From positions 672,001 to 736,000 of the forward strand of contig OY759726.1 of the NCBI GenBank assembly GCA_963662625.1: a stretch of 64,000 nucleotides of DNA, read 5' to 3'. The stretch comes from Nitrosopumilus sp. GTDB taxonomy: Archaea > Thermoproteota > Nitrososphaeria > Nitrososphaerales > Nitrosopumilaceae. The position numbers and the translations under genes were made by a program. The notes beneath the pieces are model-generated. The model saw nothing but the letters and a program-made list of their open reading frames with translations, did not search any database and was not told the DNA's origin. Below are positions 20,292 through 30,496 of this stretch, in pieces; the first letter of the stretch is position 1; the number at the start of each line of letters is the position of its first letter.

Positions 20292-20639
20292 GGGGTTTGA
20301 TAATGACGGGGCGCGAAGACGGAGATCCCGGCAAGGCGCAAGAGGAATGCGGCCGGGACGGCCACGCCGATCAAGGGAACCCCGACGGCGGCGAATGCGG
20401 CTGGCCGGCGGCCGGCGCCCCCCGCATTTTTCCCTGGCCTAAACGCGCAAGTCCGGGCCCGCGCCGGATTCGTTCCCGGGGGGTGGGCCCGCACGGCACG
20501 GGGGGCCGGGCGGCGACTTTAACCCAACAGATCTAATGAGATTTTGTTTGGTGGCCGGAACTGCAAAAAAAAAACAATGTGATTTGAAATGCGGTTTATT
20601 TGATCTTCGGAGTTCCGGCGCATTGCCGGCCGTGGCCGC

Positions 20640-20730
20640 AGGTAGATCACATTAGGTAGCTTATCATACCGTCGATAACGTGCCTGAGTGATCACTTGTG
20701 ATCACTTTTTCACGCCTAGGTGATCTACCT
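20640..20730. repeat. 91-bp element with 11-bp inverted ends and internal GTGATCAC palindromes
   Basis: AGGTAGATCAC...GTGATCTACCT; internal AGTGATCACT and TGTGATCACT. Confidence 0.7.
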
Positions 20731-20790
20731 AGCGTGAAATTTTCGGTTATTTACCCCTTATTGACCCCCAAAAAGCAAATAGCAGGCGTG

Positions 20791-21546
20791 TTAATTTCTA
20801 TATGCGCTGATCCGGAACGGCCCGCGCATCGCGCCGCGGGCGCGCCCCGTCACGCTTGTCGCGGCCGGTTTCGCGATCCTCACCCCCGTGATCTCCCGCA
20901 CGGCCCCCGCCGCCTTCCCGAACGGGACGGCCGCGTGGCGCAGCGCGGCCACCGCGGCCACCGCGTTCCTGCCGCAGCTCCCGCGCGCCGGGAGGCCGCT
21001 TGGCGCCACGTGCCCCCTGCCGCACTTGGGGCACGCGGCGGTCTGGACGGCGCGGCGCGTCTCCGTCACGGTAACCTCAAAGCCCGGCATGTCCCGCGTG
21101 GCGGGCCTGCCCGGCACGGTCCTGCGGCCGCACCGGCCGCACCCGGGCGGGACGCCCCCCTCGAACCCGTGGCGCACCGTGCGCCCCGGCGCGTGCCCGC
21201 GGGACGCCCCGCGGTGCCCCGGCTGCCCGCCGGGCTTCCCCGCGGGGGCCCTGCCGCCGCCCCCCTCCGGAGCCGCCTTCCGGGCCTTCCTCCTCGCCCG
21301 CCTGGCTTCCTTCCATCCCGGCGACTTGGCCGACGGCGGGGAGTGGGCGTTCCCGGGGTACGCGAGGCGGGCCCGGGGCCTCCTGGTTTCTGCCACCGCC
21401 TCCTTGTTCACTGCCACCACCTCCTCGTATTTTGGCTTGATCGAGCCGGCATCGCCGGGCGCCCGTGCCAGCATGCCCTCCAGCTGCCTGGCCGTTCTGC
21501 GCCTTGCCACGCACGGACTGGCACCTACCGCCATAAGGATCAGCAT
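20791..21546 (-). pseudogene. IS66-family transposase, N-terminal remnant
   Basis: NAHSPPS, KPGGQPGHRG, CGRCG and CPKCG zinc finger; no catalytic half. Confidence 0.8.
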
Positions 21547-22082
21547 GATCGCGCCTTGCTGGTTAAAGGGTCAGCATACGTGACCTCATACGAGCCGTCA
21601 GTAGCAATTAATTTAAGGCATGCGTTCCTAAACATCATATGGATAAAATCACAAAATCAGATTCAGCCAGAATTCAATCCCACGCAGCCAAGACCGGCAC
21701 CAACGCCGGTTTTGCGCGGAGAGCGCAGTCTGCAGCCGACAAAAACCAATAATTCGCGATCTAGCGCGGGTTGATGGCGGCGCGCCGCGCCTGCTGGGGG
21801 CGTTTTTTTTTTTTTTTTTTTTTTGATGCTACGGCGGCCCCGCCCGGGGTGGCGCCCGCGGATAATTTCGCATCCCGAATGGCCGTACGGCAGCCCGTCG
21901 CATGACCCGGCACGATCCACGGGCCATGGCCTAGGCGGGCAAAACGGCAATATTGAGGCGCGCCCCAGACACCTCGGAATGCATCGCGTCATGTGGACCG
22001 GGGGCGGGGGACGCCGCGCCGGCCACAGTCCCCCGGCTGCCGGACCGCGCGCCACGCGGGGTTCTAGGGGATGAGGCCCAAG

Positions 22083-22649
22083 ATGGCAGACTACAAGACA
22101 CACTACCCGGCCTCCGTAAGGCTGTACGGCGATCCCCGCGCACGCAAGATCACGTACGACGACAACCAGGACAGGGTACTTGTCACCGAAGTCAGCTCGC
22201 CACTCCAGACACTGGAGTCGATCTTCCTGCGGGAGGGCTTTTCCCGTACCATGCTTGAAGAAAAAAAGCGGGGCCAGATATCGCAGGGGCTGGTAAAGCG
22301 CCTGACTGCCGACTGGGACATGCACGTCCGGTTCATTCGGCTGCACCGGGGGAGCATCGCGGTCGACGCTGAGGTCGAGACGTCAAGGGAATACCTGGAA
22401 CACCTTGGCGGAAGGTGGATCTCCGTGATTTACGAGGTGATCGAGATCCTTCAAAGGAACGGGCTGGAGTGCGCGATATGGCACAAGCGCGCACGCAGGT
22501 ATGTCAGCAGCATACTCAGAGACGGAAGGCTGGGGCTCGACTGGACGTCCGGAAAAACAGAATGGAAGCCGGCGGTAGCCGGCGCTGCGGCCGGCGCCGC
22601 CGTTGGCATAATAATTGGCCTGCTGTTGAACCTCCGAGAAGACGAGTGA
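22083..22649 (+). CDS. Hypothetical protein with C-terminal membrane anchor
   Basis: Protein-like composition; ends AGAAVGIIIGLLLNLREDE. Confidence 0.6.
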   Translation: MADYKTHYPASVRLYGDPRARKITYDDNQDRVLVTEVSSPLQTLESIFLREGFSRTMLEEKKRGQISQGLVKRLTADWDMHVRFIRLHRGSIAVDAEVETSREYLEHLGGRWISVIYEVIEILQRNGLECAIWHKRARRYVSSILRDGRLGLDWTSGKTEWKPAVAGAAAGAAVGIIIGLLLNLREDE

Positions 22650-23157
22650 TCCACGGGTTCAAGGCACGCGGCCCCGTTCCGCGAGGCCGGCTCGCGCTAG
22701 CTGGGCCACGCAGGAATAAAGCGCTGGAACCATGGCGGCGATCAAGGGCCCCTGGCGCCGCGTGCACCGTGCTGGATCCTGGTGCACACCTCCGCCGTCC
22801 ACGGGCGCCACGGCCGTTCCGGTTTTGGCCCCCCGGCATGCTCCCTTCTGCACGCCGTCCCGGGATCTTCCGGCGCCGTCGCGGCCGTGCCCTGCCCGGG
22901 ACGCCGCGATCAAAATCTGTTTCGGTCTGGCAAATTGATCTCATGGACTTATGCCCGGCGCTATACTAGGCCTTGGCTGGCACCGCCCCATCGTACTCAG
23001 CTCCAGAGTGGTGGGTGCAGGCACGCGGCCCCGCGTTCGGTTGCGTGAAACAAGCCTCCTTGGGCCATGGTAACGCGAGACCGCACGCCGTGCGTCATGT
23101 ACCGGATGGCCCATAGATTTACAATAGGATTGTAGTGAAGGGAATCGCCGGTTGGCC

Positions 23158-23685
23158 CTATGCTCCTCTGAAACCAAGCGTGATGAAAAATGCAACAAAT
23201 AGCACCAAACCTATAAAAAATATAAAATTGATCATATTCAAGAGCCTCGCCTTTGACTTAATCTCATCTTCGGCACTCTTTAAGCACTTTACGTATTCGT
23301 CAATTATCGCTTCATGGTAATCCTCTTTCGCAGATTCTGTCCAGCTTTTGATCACGCCAAAATCCGTTTTGGAGCCTTTCATCATGTGCGTGCCCAGCAG
23401 CACGGTTTGTTGAGATTCTGCCCCGTTTGAGTATATGCAAATTATTATCGTAAGGAACATTAGAAGCGAGCCTATCGCCAGCAGGTTAAGTGAACTGTCC
23501 AATTGGAATCCTTCTGGTGCGGCAAGCGAACCATAAAACCCAATCATAACAGTTGCAATAATTCCTGACACCATCATCATGTCTTTCGTTTTTTTGGTCA
23601 GACTTTCTGATGCCTTCTCCCTTCTTTCATATTCCAACCTCAGCTCTTCAATAAACTCCTCGTTCATCGCCTGCAACCTCGACAA
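23158..23685 (-). CDS. Hypothetical membrane protein (3 TM)
   Basis: Low-GC ORF with helical N-terminus and three hydrophobic segments. Confidence 0.6.
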   Translation of the reverse strand: MSRLQAMNEEFIEELRLEYERREKASESLTKKTKDMMMVSGIIATVMIGFYGSLAAPEGFQLDSSLNLLAIGSLLMFLTIIICIYSNGAESQQTVLLGTHMMKGSKTDFGVIKSWTESAKEDYHEAIIDEYVKCLKSAEDEIKSKARLLNMINFIFFIGLVLFVAFFITLGFRGA

Positions 23686-24428
23686 CTCTTTTATAAATCA
23701 ACGCGCAATTATCCACATGGTTGAAGACAGTGACGATAACCTTGGTAAGCCTATACGCGTGGGAGGTAAAATCAAGCGCGCGTGGTTCTCAGAGGAAAGC
23801 TCCTCAGACTCTTCGGATGACGAAGAGTAATCTTATTTTTTTGAACACATAGCTACCCCGGCGCAGTCGCCCCGATGGACCGGCCCCTGTGCCGTGTGGG
23901 CCTGGCGCCCCTGGGCATGAATCTAGCGCGGGCCTGAACTTGTACGTCTAGGCTAGGGTAAAAAATGCAGGAGCGATGAATGCCGGCTACTTGTCGTATT
24001 CATCATTGTTGGGATTCTCTTGATCAGCGTGGTTGTCTTGATCGTATTCCTCTTGCGTCTTGTCAGGATCTCCGTCTTGGTGTCCCATTCTTATCAAACC
24101 ATTGTGCCGCACTCCCCTATAAAAACACTCCAGCGAGAAAGCGCAAGATTAAGAGGCGATACCGCGCAGCGCCGAGCACTTCACGCGGATTCCCGGCTGC
24201 CGCCCTCTGGCAGCACCAAAGTCCCGCGCGAGGCAAGCGATGGAAACGCGAGCAGCATCGAAACCGGAATTAGTACCGCATTGAGAAACGGCCGCGCGCC
24301 AGGCCCTCCAAAAACCGCAGGGCGAAACTTGCATAAATCGCCATCGACTTGCTCTGCAAAAACGGCAACCTGGGTTTAATCTGAAGAAACTTGGCGGCGT
24401 CCTGGGTTATTCCATACTATCTGGATTC

Positions 24429-24773
24429 ATGCTCTCCATCCTGATATTTGCAGGAATTGACGCGTCGGAAACTGGAATGGCGATCGCCCTGTTGGAGGCT
24501 GTTGCGGGTGTCCCGGGTTCTCACCACCCTTACCTCGTGCCGATCATTGCAATATTCTTAACAGTTGGCGAGGCCGTAGTGATCGTAATCAGCATAAGGC
24601 GCATATATGAACACGGATATGCTGGTGCGGTTGTTTCTGGCATGGGGTTCTTTGGGACGTTGTCGGTATTTGGGGGGGCGGTGGAGGATGTCCAAGCTTT
24701 GACTTACGCGGGGATCGCCATGTGGGCTGTGGGTTGCATTGCGGTTAGGCTCGATGGGCGCAGCGGCAACTAA
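24429..24773 (+). CDS. Small hydrophobic membrane protein
   Basis: 114 aa, mostly hydrophobic helices. Confidence 0.5.
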   Translation: MLSILIFAGIDASETGMAIALLEAVAGVPGSHHPYLVPIIAIFLTVGEAVVIVISIRRIYEHGYAGAVVSGMGFFGTLSVFGGAVEDVQALTYAGIAMWAVGCIAVRLDGRSGN

Positions 24774-25218
24774 AAGCTCGTGTGGATCCGAGGAAGGCAA
24801 TTTCCTGACGCTGCGGGACTTTGGGATCCAAGCGGCCGCCTGAAATCCCGGCCGGGGGCGATGGCACGGGCCCCGCGCGGCCCTCCCACAAGAGCATCGG
24901 GGGCGGGATACGATGCCGCGGGGCCTGCCCGGGCATGTCCGGCACCACTGCGGGGAGAGGCTGCGCGGATCGCGTCACATGGATGGCTGCGGGGTGCCGC
25001 CGCTTGCGTGTGGGCTAAGATGGGACACAAAATCGATCAGGAAAGGCAGCCCCGAATGGGGAGGGACGCCCACTGGTAGGCGGGATAATTTTCGTGCCCT
25101 ACAGATCGCTTCATGCTGAGCCACGGTCAAATATGCTTTAAAAAAAATCTTATTCACTCCCGTGTGTCTTAATCAGCAACATAATTGCAGTATTTTGGCA
25201 TAAACGAAGGATGGCAGC

Positions 25219-25893
25219 GTGTTGAAAGGATCAAAACAGCCAAAGTGGCAGATTCCAACAGATAAGCTGGCATTAGGGGCAGCGCATTCCCTCCGCAACG
25301 CCGGCAGGCTATCGCAAGATGCCAAATTATTGTTTAAATCTGGGAGTTACGCGTCGTGCGTATCACTGGCGGTTTTGGCGTTGGAAGAGCTAGGAAAAAT
25401 GTTTTTGTTGCTACATGTAATCCAAACCAAATCTGAGATAACACAAAAAAAGTGGGACGATAAATTCAAGGATCACCGAAAGAAAATACGGTTCATAACT
25501 GAATATTTACAAATGTGTTACAACAACAATCCGCATGAAGACATTTACAAATTATCCAGGCGGTTGGAGAGGTTGGGAGAGGAAAAAACAAAGGCATTTT
25601 ATGTGGACTGGGATAACGGCGCCGGCAAGTGGAGGTATTATGACAGGCACGAGCCCGATAAGCAAAAAATCGCAGAATATGCTTTGAAATACTGTGAAAA
25701 ACTTGTCGTCATCTCAAACAAGATTTTTGACGAAGACGACTCTGGCGATCCTGAAGAAATAATAAAGCTGTTCCGATCAGGAAAAGCCTATGCCTTTTGC
25801 AAAAACTGCGGATTATGCATGATGACGCCGACGGAATTAAAGTGGCATGGCGGACTCTGCGGCATCAACCTAAATTGGCACAAACTGAACTAA
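25219..25893 (+). CDS. AbiV-family (HEPN-like) protein with C-terminal Cys/His zinc finger
   Basis: NAGRLSQDAKLL...SLAVLALEELGK...DHRKK...AFYVDW; CKNC...H...C tail. Confidence 0.75.
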   Translation: MLKGSKQPKWQIPTDKLALGAAHSLRNAGRLSQDAKLLFKSGSYASCVSLAVLALEELGKMFLLLHVIQTKSEITQKKWDDKFKDHRKKIRFITEYLQMCYNNNPHEDIYKLSRRLERLGEEKTKAFYVDWDNGAGKWRYYDRHEPDKQKIAEYALKYCEKLVVISNKIFDEDDSGDPEEIIKLFRSGKAYAFCKNCGLCMMTPTELKWHGGLCGINLNWHKLN

Positions 25894-25914
25894 AGCTTTT
25901 TCAGAACTGCTCTT

Positions 25915-26316
25915 GTAAGAGTTACCCCCATGCCGCCAGGGTAGCGCCTGACAGCAGGTCCCTGAACGCCTGGCAGACGTTCTGCCCCCTCCCGCGCCAG
26001 GCCGTCATGCGGGCCATCAGGATCCCGAACGCACCCGTCCCGTCCTCGGTCTTGAGGGAGTGCCTTGTCTTCCTGGCTATCGCCGACGGCCTCAGGCTGC
26101 GCTAGGCCAGGTTGTTTGTGGATCCCATGCCCGGGCGGGGCAGGAACGTGAACGGGTGGGGGGCGGCCCGCCCAGGCGTCGCGCCGAACCGGCACCCCGC
26201 CCGCGAGCACTCCCCGGCGGGCCGGGACGCATCCCCCGCCATGCCGCCGTGCCGCTTCCTGTCGTCCGGGCCCGGCTCCAGGGCCTTGGCCCTGTGGGTA
26301 GGGGGTAACCTCTTAC
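25915..26316 (-). mobile_element. IS66-derived non-autonomous element (402 bp)
   Basis: TIRs GTAAGAGTTACCCCC / GGGGGTAACCTCTTAC; perfect 8-bp TSD CTGCTCTT (25907-25914, 26317-26324); internal STNNLA*...LRPSAIARK IS66 C-terminal motif. Confidence 0.88.
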
Positions 26317-26636
26317 CTGCTCTTTTGCCAACTCGTACTTGGAGTATGTCTACAGTGGCGATCATTGAAAACCCCGGATGGGACGGTGCGGGAGCCTGCA
26401 GGCGTCCGGTTCTACCGAGCGCGTCCTGAAATACCCTGAAACTACACGCTTCAGGCCCGACAGCGTCTCGCATAGCAGCGATCAAAAGTTCTTGAGCGCC
26501 AAGGACTTCCTGTCGGCATGCCCCGTCACGTCAAGCCCGGCGGGGGGCGTCCCCGGGTATTCAGACAGGGCGGCGGGCGCCTTCGCGGGGGCGGGATCGG
26601 GCGCGTTTACCTTTACTGACAACCCGAAAGCGGTGA

Positions 26637-27302
26637 TTACGCGTCAGGTCTAATGAATTTCTTCACAGTATATTCTATCGCGTTTTTTGGGGTGTGGTTT
26701 TGCCAATAGAGATCATAAAAGCTGCCTGCAAAACGCCTAAATCGATCCACGCGCTTTTCAAAGTCATCATATGTGAGTTTAATGCCTTCATCGTGATCAA
26801 CGAACATGCGATCTTTGACGAACCAGCTCCCGTGTGCCATTATGTTGCGTAATTCGTTGTCCATCCCGGTCACTATGCTACTTTCAAGTCCTTTTTTCTC
26901 CAGTTCAGAAATAATTCGCCCATACGTGGATCTTTTGCCTAGTTTCGGGCCTATTTTTTTCAGATCCAGCCCGAACAGTAAAAGCCTCTTCATTATTTCA
27001 AATTCCGAATGTGCACATTCGGCAAGTAGTACAAACGGCATAACCTCCTTCTCCCTTTCAAAAGTTCCAAAAGAGTCGTGTTTTTTGCTCAGATTGAAAA
27101 AGACGGCGTCCCTCTGTTCCAAAAAAGATAATGCTCTGCAGTTGCCATAATATTGGAGGTTGGTCCTTTCTCTTATTGACCATTCGGTGTCAGGATCAAA
27201 TTCCGGTTGCTTTTTGAAAAATTGGTTCGAGTCTAAAAACTGGTAAAGCCTCCTTGCAAGAATCGTCATGCGCTGTACGTCACGGTCATAGTTGTAGGAC
27301 AT
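26637..27302 (-). CDS. HEPN-domain putative RNase
   Basis: Helical protein with TYGRII...ELRNIMAHG (RxxxxH). Confidence 0.65.
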   Translation of the reverse strand: MSYNYDRDVQRMTILARRLYQFLDSNQFFKKQPEFDPDTEWSIRERTNLQYYGNCRALSFLEQRDAVFFNLSKKHDSFGTFEREKEVMPFVLLAECAHSEFEIMKRLLLFGLDLKKIGPKLGKRSTYGRIISELEKKGLESSIVTGMDNELRNIMAHGSWFVKDRMFVDHDEGIKLTYDDFEKRVDRFRRFAGSFYDLYWQNHTPKNAIEYTVKKFIRPDA

Positions 27303-27589
27303 GCCATCTGGGTTTCTATTTAGTTCTAATTAATGGGTTTAGAGTTTTTGGTTATGGGCTCTGTTCAATCAGGGTGATATGACCGTCCTGCAGTTCTAAA
27401 GCGGGCTTTGGAGCTTCTCCCGGGCTGGCCCTGTCGGCACCGGGGTTTAGGAGAACGGGATCCCATCATTGGAATAGCGTTTCAGCTCCTCCTCGGCCTC
27501 CCTTTTGACCTTCTCCATGTCGATCCATTCAGATTTGAACGAGTCCGGCGATTCTATGGTTTATTTGGTCTCGGCTTCTATCGTATTCA

Positions 27590-27850
27590 TGGTGTCCAAC
27601 AATTCGTCCGGGCTGAACCTGTCCGCCTGTTCCAAACCACTTCCCTTCCCGATCCATCACCGCCACCTGCATGAATTCCTCGTGCAGGTTGGTTCCCACG
27701 CACTCCCCCGCCGTCCGTGCACCGGTTACCCTCCCCGGAGGTCTTCACGCGCTTCCTCACCGGAGCCGGCAATCCGTTTGTTTGCTTCCTGGCGCGCTTA
27801 TGGCAGATACCATCTGAAACCGGCTTCTTTCGGGGCGCATGTGGTTACTG
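27590..27850 (-). pseudogene. Second-family IS110 left-end remnant
   Basis: Homologous to 17135-17500 with an internal deletion; encodes NLHEEFMQVAVMDREG. Confidence 0.6.
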
Positions 27851-28067
27851 GGGAGAAATTTTCAATAATAGTCACTATGGGCATAGTAATTATATAGATT
27901 TCATTTCCAGTTTAAGCTGTGGCTTGGGTTGCAGTAGCTGCAGTAGCTGTAGTTGGTGCATTGGCATATGTACTATCAAAAGATGCAGATCAGCCTCGAT
28001 GCCCTTACTGCAAGTCGGTTGTTAAGAGATATGCACGCAGGTGTCCTAAGTGTAAGGCTAAATTAGG

Positions 28068-28418
28068 ATGGGAAGTATGACAGTTGGAAAATTCCAAACC
28101 CGCATGATTAGATTTGTAAATAAAGTGAGTCGTTATTCTCCAATTTACTATCTAGTAGTCATTATATCCTTATTTCTATTACAACTAGATATTTTCAGAG
28201 AAACAATTCCCATTGAGGATATAATTAACGTGATCATATCTATTGCCATATTCACTTTTTCAACTAATTGCATAGATAAGATGTTGAAACGAAGCAGGTT
28301 AGATCCTAAGCCTTTTCTTTACTGTCCTACATGTGAAAATGCAAAGATGAGGACAAAAGGAGAGTGGGTTTGTGAAAACTGCCAACAGGTTTTTTCACAA
28401 CCAAAAAAAGATGTATAA
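28068..28418 (+). CDS. 2-TM protein with C-terminal zinc ribbon
   Basis: Two hydrophobic helices followed by CPTC...CENC. Confidence 0.6.
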   Translation: MGSMTVGKFQTRMIRFVNKVSRYSPIYYLVVIISLFLLQLDIFRETIPIEDIINVIISIAIFTFSTNCIDKMLKRSRLDPKPFLYCPTCENAKMRTKGEWVCENCQQVFSQPKKDV

Positions 28419-28436
28419 TCCACGTATGTACTACAA

Positions 28437-28509
28437 ATAGTTTGTTGCGCAACTCGGTTTTCAGGCACGGAAATAGCCTTGTGAAGACGGGTTCAGGCAG
28501 GGTTACGCA
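28437..28509. mobile_element. Miniature IS5-family TIR element, one end interrupted by IS110
   Basis: ATAGTTTGTTGCGCAACT resembles the IS5 TIR GTAGTCTGTTGCACAACT; the other end GGTTACGCA abuts the IS110 right end. Confidence 0.6.
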
Positions 28510-29340
28510 CCTATGTTAACCACCCAGGCGTAGTTGCCGCAATGTATCCCGTGGCTTTTCCGATCCGTGACTGGGTTGCACGGCATGGGATTCATGGCCA
28601 GCGCTGGCAGGACTGTCCGGGATGCGGGCAGCGCGTGGGGGTCACCCCCGGCGCGCCTTCCACGTCCTGGCCAGCGTGCACCGGCACGGCCTCTCGTTGC
28701 GGGACTAATAGGGCGTCCTGGTGGCCGGCATGTGCCGCATCATGGTGACAATCTTGTGGGCCACCATGATTATGGCCGGCCCGTGCCTGTCCGCGTGCCT
28801 CCGGCGCGCGGACGCGTGCGCGGCCTCCATCCTGGCGTCGTGCCGCACGGTCACGTCCGCGGCCCCGCGCATGGCCCAGCTGGCCAGGCTGCTGGGGTCG
28901 ATCTTCTTGATCCTCCCCGCGTACGGCCGGTTCCCCGACTGGCAGGCCGCCGGGCACGGCCCGGCCCACGACGCCGCCTGCCTTGGCCCCCTGGACCCCG
29001 GGGACGTCCCCTATCCCGGGGGCCATCAGCACCGCGGCGAGCGCGCCGGCGCCGGCCGTGCCGGCCGGCAGCCTCGCGTCACCGTTGTGGGCGGCCTCCA
29101 TCCCGGGGGCCCCCCGTCACGGAGATCTCCTCCGTCAGGTACCCCGCCTGCCGGGCGCGCCGGCCCGGGACCGCCCCGTCGCACGCGGAGCCCGGCCCCG
29201 CGGACTCCGGCTGCCCCCAGAGCCTTTTCGGAGTGCATGTCCGCGGCGTCCACCCGGGCGTCGTGGCGGCCTGGGAGGCTGCGGGCGCGGCCAAGTCTTC
29301 TTCACCTGCGTGGTCCACGTGCGGGTGCGCGGTCGCCGCA
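28510..29340 (-). pseudogene. Degenerate, 5'-truncated third copy of the IS110 element
   Basis: Right end CCTATGTTAACCACCCAGGCGTAGTTGCC and the 3' coding half align with 47427-48200, with frameshifts. Confidence 0.88.
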
Positions 29341-29356
29341 AACGATGAAAAACCGG

Positions 29357-29689
29357 TCACAGCTCGGGGCCGCTGTAGGAACCGAGCCCAAAGTATTTTG
29401 CCACGTCGTCATACACCTTGCTTCTGTGCGCAATCACATGGACGGTGATCTTGCCCTCGTCGCGCTTCACCTCGTAGACGATCCTGTAACGGAAGGGATC
29501 CAGGCGTATTGATCGCATGCCCTTCAGGTCCTGCGTGAGTTTCTTGCCCAGATGCGGATTACTTTCCAGGTCGTCGATGGCGCCGTTGATCGCTTTGAGC
29601 AGCTTGGGATCTGATTTTTTTGCGAGTTTTTTGTAGTTCTTGCCGCAGCGGTTTGATAGCTCTACGGTGAGACCCTTGCCTTCGTCCAC
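29357..29689 (-). CDS. RelE/ParE-family toxin
   Basis: LESNPHLGKKLTQDLKGMRSIRLDPFRYRIVYEV...IAHRSKVY. Confidence 0.88.
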   Translation of the reverse strand: MDEGKGLTVELSNRCGKNYKKLAKKSDPKLLKAINGAIDDLESNPHLGKKLTQDLKGMRSIRLDPFRYRIVYEVKRDEGKITVHVIAHRSKVYDDVAKYFGLGSYSGPEL

Positions 29690-30006
29690 GGTACCGCCCT
29701 GCCCTCTTTGGCCTCTGCCATGCTTGATTCCAGCTCCTTCATCAGGATGGCGTCGTTTAGGATCTCCAGAGTTTCTTGCTGGCCTTCAGAGAGCCTGGGC
29801 CTGGCAATCTTTCCCTTTTTGAATATGTTCACGTGTATTTTTTCAATGTCCACGGCGGGTCTGCCGGAGCATGCCGCGTCGGCCAGCATGAAAAACGGCA
29901 CCGCGTCGTAAAGGTCGAGGCCCCCTCGCAGCGCCGGGATGCCCTCCGGGAGGTTCATGGCCGCGGCTTTTTGGCGGAATACGGTCTCTTTGGTTTTTGG
30001 CGGCAT
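29662..30006 (-). CDS. Putative antitoxin
   Basis: Overlaps the toxin start; C-terminus ETLEILNDAILMKELESSMAEAKEGRAVPW resembles Phd/RelB-type neutralisation tails. Confidence 0.7.
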   Translation of the reverse strand: MPPKTKETVFRQKAAAMNLPEGIPALRGGLDLYDAVPFFMLADAACSGRPAVDIEKIHVNIFKKGKIARPRLSEGQQETLEILNDAILMKELESSMAEAKEGRAVPWTKARVSP

Positions 30007-30007
30007 G

Positions 30008-30496
30008 TCAGATCATCGACCACTCCTCTAGCTCCTGCCACGCGTCCTCGCACTGTTTTTTCTTGAAATACCCCTGCTTGTTCTTGACTCTCTCGATTAT
30101 TTTGGCTTTTGTCATTTTCGGGTGTATCCTCTTGAGAAAGTGGATGGAGGCCAGTATTTCAAGTCTGGCCGGATCATGTTTTTTGTCGCTCATAAACTCG
30201 ATAAACTTGTCGAATTTTCTTTGTGTGGGTTTTGCAAAATGCCCGGCGGCCGGTATCCTGTGATATACCTCCTGCAGCGTGAATCCGACGCTTGCCAGGT
30301 GCGAGGAGTACGGGCCACGAAGGTACCATGAGAAGTTGTGCCCCAGGTAGATCCCGAATGCCTGCATCAGGTAAACCGTCTTTTGCAGGGTTAGCCTGCC
30401 GTTAAACGTGGACATGTCGAAATTGTCCAGATTCCTCAAGACCACCCCCAGGTTAATTGCCTCGTCACTGATGCTGTCTGACATGTTTGCCACCAT
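30008..30496 (-). CDS. YwgA/SocA(Panacea)-like winged-helix protein
   Basis: RLTLQKTVYL...FSWYLRGPYS...LEILASIHFL. Confidence 0.65.
   Translation of the reverse strand: MVANMSDSISDEAINLGVVLRNLDNFDMSTFNGRLTLQKTVYLMQAFGIYLGHNFSWYLRGPYSSHLASVGFTLQEVYHRIPAAGHFAKPTQRKFDKFIEFMSDKKHDPARLEILASIHFLKRIHPKMTKAKIIERVKNKQGYFKKKQCEDAWQELEEWSMI

Noticed and set aside
21804-21824. ~21-nt poly-T tract as a retro-element tail
   Set aside because: No RT gene or TSD; may be a terminator or a homopolymer length artefact.
23717-23830. 37-aa acidic ORF MVEDSDD...SSDDEE divergent from the membrane gene
   Set aside because: Plausible, but no motif or independent support.
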